From an uncultured bacterium (GTDB lineage Bacteria; Patescibacteriota; Minisyncoccia; Phycocordibacterales; Phycocordibacteraceae): a stretch of DNA of 64,000 nt. The DNA is taken from the NCBI GenBank assembly GCA_903825105.1, contig CAIJZI010000006.1:87368-151367 (forward strand). The letters run 5' to 3'. Below are positions 62,100 to 64,000 of the stretch, one piece after another (within the stretch, counting starts at the first letter, position 1; each line of letters begins with the position of its first letter). The notes beneath the pieces were generated by a model. It did no database searches, was not told where the DNA came from, and saw only the letters and a program-made list of their open reading frames with translations. A program made the position numbers and the translations under genes.

Positions 62100-64000
62100 T
62101 TATTTAGGGGCGATATTTCCCTTTTCTACCTCCGCCCATTTCCAATATTCTTCGTTCTCCTTATTAGTCTTGAAGGGCATTAACCCCGCGATACCTTCTA
62201 CTAGCGCCTTTTTAAGGGCAACGTTCCCCTCGCTTTCTATTCTTAATTTAATATCGTCAAAATTGGACTTTCTATCCTCATATTTAGGCTTCAGAGCTTG
62301 TAGTACAAGCGATGTTTCAGCGATATGAGCAGCCTGATCCGACTTACGTAGGATTTCATCGAATAGAAAGTGTACGAATTCGTTCTTTTCCTCCTGATTT
62401 AGTTCCTCAAATCCGATTGCTACTGCATGAATTAACGAAGGTTGGCATTTGGGAGAAATTTCAGGTTTCTTAAGCCAATCAAAAGTCTCTTTCACTATCT
62501 TCCTCGTAAGTTCTTTGGAAAGAGTTGCCTCCTCGAAAGCCCCAAGTCCAACCTTTTGGAGGGCTTGATCCATCGTCATAAGACAGGCACCAATCTTTGT
62601 GGCTAAGGTTTCTCTAATCACCGCCTCACCATTGGCCTTATGTTTGTTGATGAATGAGAAAATTTTACGTTTCTGATCTGAATTCGCACCGTCATATTTA
62701 GACCAAATCTTTTCAGCGATAGCAAAGACGTGATTTACGTCTTTCGTGTTCAACGTATCAAAGAACGCAATTGCCTTGTCGAGATCGTAATTAAGAATTC
62801 GTTCGAGAAATTGTTGTTTTCTGGAGTTGTTGAGGAGACCAAAAAAATTATCTCTGAAAACCTGGTCTGCAAGTCCTCGGTTTGCCGCAGTGTCAAAAAT
62901 CGACTGGACATCGAAGAAGAGGGCTTGTGTATCGGGTGAAAGATCCCTGTAAGCTACCTCCAGTGCGTCGGAGGATACATTTCCTAACCAGCTACTCACA
63001 AAACGTTCAGTCTCATCTTTTTTGGGTGGGCTTAGTAAGTCCCGCATCTCAAAAAGAACTGGCACAAATACCGATCTAATTTGATGGTCTGCAGGTGCAT
63101 TGAACCCTGCGTTTAGGACATCCGCAAACGCATCTTTCGTGGCAGCAGAAACGGAAGAAAGTATCGGACCATGGGCCCTGAGGAATTCTCTATATTGATC
63201 TAGGAGTTTTTTCTTTTCCGGATATGTCTCTGGTTTAGAGTTTTGGTTCTCTCCAACCTGCAAATCAATAAACTTTCTTATTAGGACTTCTCCGTCTACT
63301 TGTGTTAGCAAAGCAGTAGTAAATTTATTGAGGACTTCCACTCTACTACTCACGTCATCAATAGCTCCCCCAGCAGGAATATTGCTTGCAAAGTTGCGGA
63401 GATATTCTGCTGTCACAAGGGCATCCTGGGCTTCGGGAGATTTAACGAGTATCTTCGCGGTCTCTATATCATTTGCCAGATGGTTAACCAGCAGATTTCT
63501 AACCTTTGTTTTTTGATCAGCTCCCAAGTAATCGGGTTGTGTAGCAAATATTGTAATGATCTTTCTTACATAATCTTTGTCAGACTTGTGTGTGTTCGGT
63601 CCAGATAGAACGTCGTCAATTACGGTAATCCATTGAGGGACGACAGTTTTACGATACTTTGTATTTCTAGTAAGAAAAGCATCATTCAGAATGTCGGGCG
63701 AGATTGTATGCAACTCCTCTTTACAACGCCCGGCAAGGATATTATTTATCTCTTCGTAAAGAGTGGATGCTAGTACTGTCTTCTTTTCCGAAAGGATCAC
63801 TAAAAGCGTATGGATGAGGTTTATCGAGGAGACCGGATTCGTCTTACTTTCCAACTCCTCCTTTATTGCCTGACTAAAGTCAGTCATTAAATCTACTTTT
63901 GCCAAATCCCCAATTTGATCAAAGTATTTAGCTGCATCTTCCGTATTCCTGTCCTCTAGGTGCGCAATGAGGGTTTCAAAGCCGGGGAACTTCTTTTCTT
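62100..64000 (-). CDS. Large alpha-helical hypothetical protein, C-terminal part
   Basis: The frame stays open from 63905 to the window edge (EKKFPGFETLIAHLED...), so the start lies outside the window. Confidence 0.8.
   Translation of the reverse strand, partial: EKKFPGFETLIAHLEDRNTEDAAKYFDQIGDLAKVDLMTDFSQAIKEELESKTNPVSSINLIHTLLVILSEKKTVLASTLYEEINNILAGRCKEELHTISPDILNDAFLTRNTKYRKTVVPQWITVIDDVLSGPNTHKSDKDYVRKIITIFATQPDYLGADQKTKVRNLLVNHLANDIETAKILVKSPEAQDALVTAEYLRNFASNIPAGGAIDDVSSRVEVLNKFTTALLTQVDGEVLIRKFIDLQVGENQNSKPETYPEKKKLLDQYREFLRAHGPILSSVSAATKDAFADVLNAGFNAPADHQIRSVFVPVLFEMRDLLSPPKKDETERFVSSWLGNVSSDALEVAYRDLSPDTQALFFDVQSIFDTAANRGLADQVFRDNFFGLLNNSRKQQFLERILNYDLDKAIAFFDTLNTKDVNHVFAIAEKIWSKYDGANSDQKRKIFSFINKHKANGEAVIRETLATKIGACLMTMDQALQKVGLGAFEEATLSKELTRKIVKETFDWLKKPEISPKCQPSLIHAVAIGFEELNQEEKNEFVHFLFDEILRKSDQAAHIAETSLVLQALKPKYEDRKSNFDDIKLRIESEGNVALKKALVEGIAGLMPFKTNKENEEYWKWAEVEKGNIAPK

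Larger units (their letters stand above)
56990..64000. mobile_element. Integrated phage-related element or genomic island (right end outside window)
   Basis: No housekeeping genes; ParB-MTase and terminase-like genes; visibly different base usage; no integrase in the window. Confidence 0.6.

Noticed and set aside
1-64000. CRISPR or TIGR-like guide arrays
   Set aside because: I saw no regularly spaced repeat-spacer array and no cas or Nop-domain gene; the palindromes occur as dispersed pairs or singletons.
56990-64000. Complete prophage
   Set aside because: No portal, capsid, tail, lysis or integrase genes are in the window; it is reported only as a phage-related element.
1-64000. Alternative genetic code with TGA as Gly
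   Set aside because: Conserved genes such as mraY, murG, gltX and frr end at TGA at their expected lengths.

Overview
This window looks like chromosome from a Patescibacteria/CPR bacterium (Parcubacteria-like, standard genetic code). That assignment is inferred from the gene content, the streamlined proteins and the largely leaderless gene starts. The housekeeping backbone holds aspS-scpA-scpB-dac-mraY-ftsW-murG-gltX, rpmA, rplI, ctpA, cysS-dnaB-recR, rplU, rmuC, mraZ-rsmH-ftsL-ftsI-murF, greA-lysS, proS-mreB-mreC-mreD-pbp2, mreB-holB-frr-rseP, def-fmt, mltG, alkD, tRNA-Glu and tRNA-Asn. Many small accessory units are inserted between these genes. The main unexplained structures are: (1) several families of 16-29 bp REP-like palindromes, where three different modules are each bracketed by their own matching pair (ECF-PAS-PGBD, a RelE/Phd TA pair, a 6S-like ncRNA) and other copies sit in frame inside gltX, holB and recR; (2) four candidate structured ncRNAs near 32.5, 41.0, 56.0 and 61.9 kb; (3) single-gene ORFan cassettes with their own promoter, SD and terminator; (4) an ApbE / FMN-binding / RnfD-FNR flavinylation module; (5) an integrated element from about 57 kb to the window edge that carries a ParB-methyltransferase, a small-terminase-like protein and a nuclease-less large-terminase ATPase. 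All calls were made by eye with no database searches.
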